From positions 864,001 to 928,000 of the forward strand of contig CAVXPZ010000001.1 of assembly GCA_963763775.1 (NCBI GenBank): a stretch of 64,000 nucleotides of DNA, read 5' to 3'. The stretch is from an uncultured Chloroflexia bacterium (GTDB taxonomy: Bacteria > Chloroflexota > Limnocylindria > Limnocylindrales > CSP1-4). The translations under genes and the position numbers were made by a program. Position 1 is the first letter of the stretch. Each line of letters starts with the position of its first letter. Below are positions 62,519 through 64,000 of this stretch, one piece after another. The notes under the pieces were generated by a model that saw only the letters and a program-made list of their open reading frames with translations, ran no database searches and was not told the DNA's origin.

Positions 62519-64000
62519 TCAGGAGGGCCCTCCGGCGTTCTGCATGAGCTGCTCCACGATCGGACCCAGCGCGAGGGCCGGGAAGAACGTCAACGCGCCG
62601 ACGATGAGGATCACGCCGATGAGGAGCACGACGAAGAGCGGGCCGGTCGTCGGGAATGTCCCGAGCGATGGGGCGACGCGTCGCTTGGCCGCCATGGATC
62701 CCGCGAGGGCCAGGACCGGGATGATCATCCCGTAGCGGCCGAGCAGCATCGCGAAAGCGCCCGTGAGGTTGTAGAAGGGGGTGTTGCCGGTCAGGCCGGC
62801 AAACGCGGATCCGTTGTTGCCGGTCTGGCTGCTGAACGCGTACAGGATCTCGCTGAACCCATGCGGGCCGGGGTTGAGCGGACCGGCCAGGCCCTCGGGG
62901 GTCACCGAGGCGAGCGCGGTGAAGCCGAGGATGCTCGCCCCGAGGACCAGGACGACGAGCATCGTCATCTTCATCTCGAAGGCTTCGACCTTCTTGCCGA
63001 GGTACTCCGGGGTCCGCCCGACCATCAGGCCAGCGATGAACACGGCCAGGATGGCGCCGATCACGAGCATGCCGTACAGCCCGGCGCCGATGCCGCCCGG
63101 CGTGATCTCGCCCAGTTCGATGTTGAACAGGGGAACGAGCCCGCCGATCGGCTGGAAGCTGTCGTGCCAGGCGTTGATCGCGCCCGTGCTCGTGCTCGTC
63201 GTGATCGCCGCGAACAGGGCGCCGACGCCGGCACCGAACTTGAGCTCCTTCCCCTCCATGTTGCCGAGGGACTGGTCGAGGCCCGTCGGGTAGAGCGGGT
63301 TCGGGGTGGTCTCCGCGTGGATCGCGACGACCGCGCCGACCAGGAAGACGAGGGCCATCGCGCCGAAGATGACCCAGCCCTGACGCTGGTCCTTCGCGTA
63401 CCGGCCGAACGTGAACGTCAGGGAGAAGGGCACCGCGAACATCAGGATCATCTCGAAGAGGTTCGTCAGTGGGGTCGGGTTTTCGAACGGGTGAGACGAG
63501 TTGGCGTTGAGGAAGCCGCCACCGTTGTTGCCGAGTTCCTTGATGACTTCCTGGGTCGCGATCGGGCCTCGGGCGATGATCTGCTCGATGCCCTGCAGGG
63601 TCGTGACGTTGGCGGGTCCTTCGAAGGTCTGCGGGACGCCCTGCCAGACGAAGATCAGGGCCACCACGACCGAGATCGGCAGGAGGATGTAGAGGATGCC
63701 GCGCGTCAGGTCGACCCAGTAGTTGCCGATCGTCGACGAGGTGCGGCGCGTGAGGCCGCGGACGAGGGCGATCGCGACGGCCAGACCGGTCGCCGCGGAT
63801 GTGAAGTTGCGGACCGCGAGCATCGCCATCTGGGTGAGATAGCTGGCGCCCGTCTCGCCGCTGTAGTTCTGCCAGTTGGTGTTCGTCTCGAAGCTGATCG
63901 AGGTGTTGAAGGCCAGGTCGGGCGATTGCGCGGCGGCCGCCCCGGGGTTCAGCGGGAGGACGTCCTGCAGCCGCAGCATCACGTAGCCGACGACGATCGC
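62519..64000 (-). CDS. kdpA: K+-transporting ATPase subunit A (5' end outside window)
   Basis: TNTNWQNYSGE, KELGNNGGGF, NMEGKE, GRTPEYLGKK, NNGSAFAG, GALTFFPALALGP. Confidence 0.97.
   Translation of the reverse strand, partial: AIVVGYVMLRLQDVLPLNPGAAAAQSPDLAFNTSISFETNTNWQNYSGETGASYLTQMAMLAVRNFTSAATGLAVAIALVRGLTRRTSSTIGNYWVDLTRGILYILLPISVVVALIFVWQGVPQTFEGPANVTTLQGIEQIIARGPIATQEVIKELGNNGGGFLNANSSHPFENPTPLTNLFEMILMFAVPFSLTFTFGRYAKDQRQGWVIFGAMALVFLVGAVVAIHAETTPNPLYPTGLDQSLGNMEGKELKFGAGVGALFAAITTSTSTGAINAWHDSFQPIGGLVPLFNIELGEITPGGIGAGLYGMLVIGAILAVFIAGLMVGRTPEYLGKKVEAFEMKMTMLVVLVLGASILGFTALASVTPEGLAGPLNPGPHGFSEILYAFSSQTGNNGSAFAGLTGNTPFYNLTGAFAMLLGRYGMIIPVLALAGSMAAKRRVAPSLGTFPTTGPLFVVLLIGVILIVGALTFFPALALGPIVEQLMQNAGGPS

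Overview
High-GC bacterial chromosomal window, densely coding (~58 genes). Gene content and composition suggest a soil/freshwater Chloroflexota (Limnocylindria-like) or actinobacterial genome; this is inference only. Core content: carAB with a PyrR-type leader, tRNA-Lys(CTT), a B12-dependent acyl-CoA mutase system (large subunit with isobutyryl-CoA-mutase residues, B12 subunit, meaB, thiolase, 3-hydroxybutyryl-CoA dehydrogenase), two ABC-2 exporters, folE, arsR-trxA, glutaminase-STAS-cNMP and kdpABC with a kinase-less KdpD. No transposase, integrase, phage gene or CRISPR array was seen. From ~23.5 kb onward about 14 genes carry small frameshifts that look like long-read consensus errors, and these create false fusions in the ORF track. 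Best leads: (1) an ECF sigma factor translationally coupled to an Ogt/Ada-Zn protein whose N-terminus resembles an anti-sigma helix, a possible alkylation-sensing sigma switch; (2) a stand-alone A-T-TE enzyme with an oxalate-CoA-ligase-type A domain, a Cys-nucleophile thioesterase and its own PPTase; (3) an unannotated ~220-nt structured RNA bounded by a promoter and terminator; (4) a PyrR leader with two tandem binding loops; (5) widespread leaderless gene starts.
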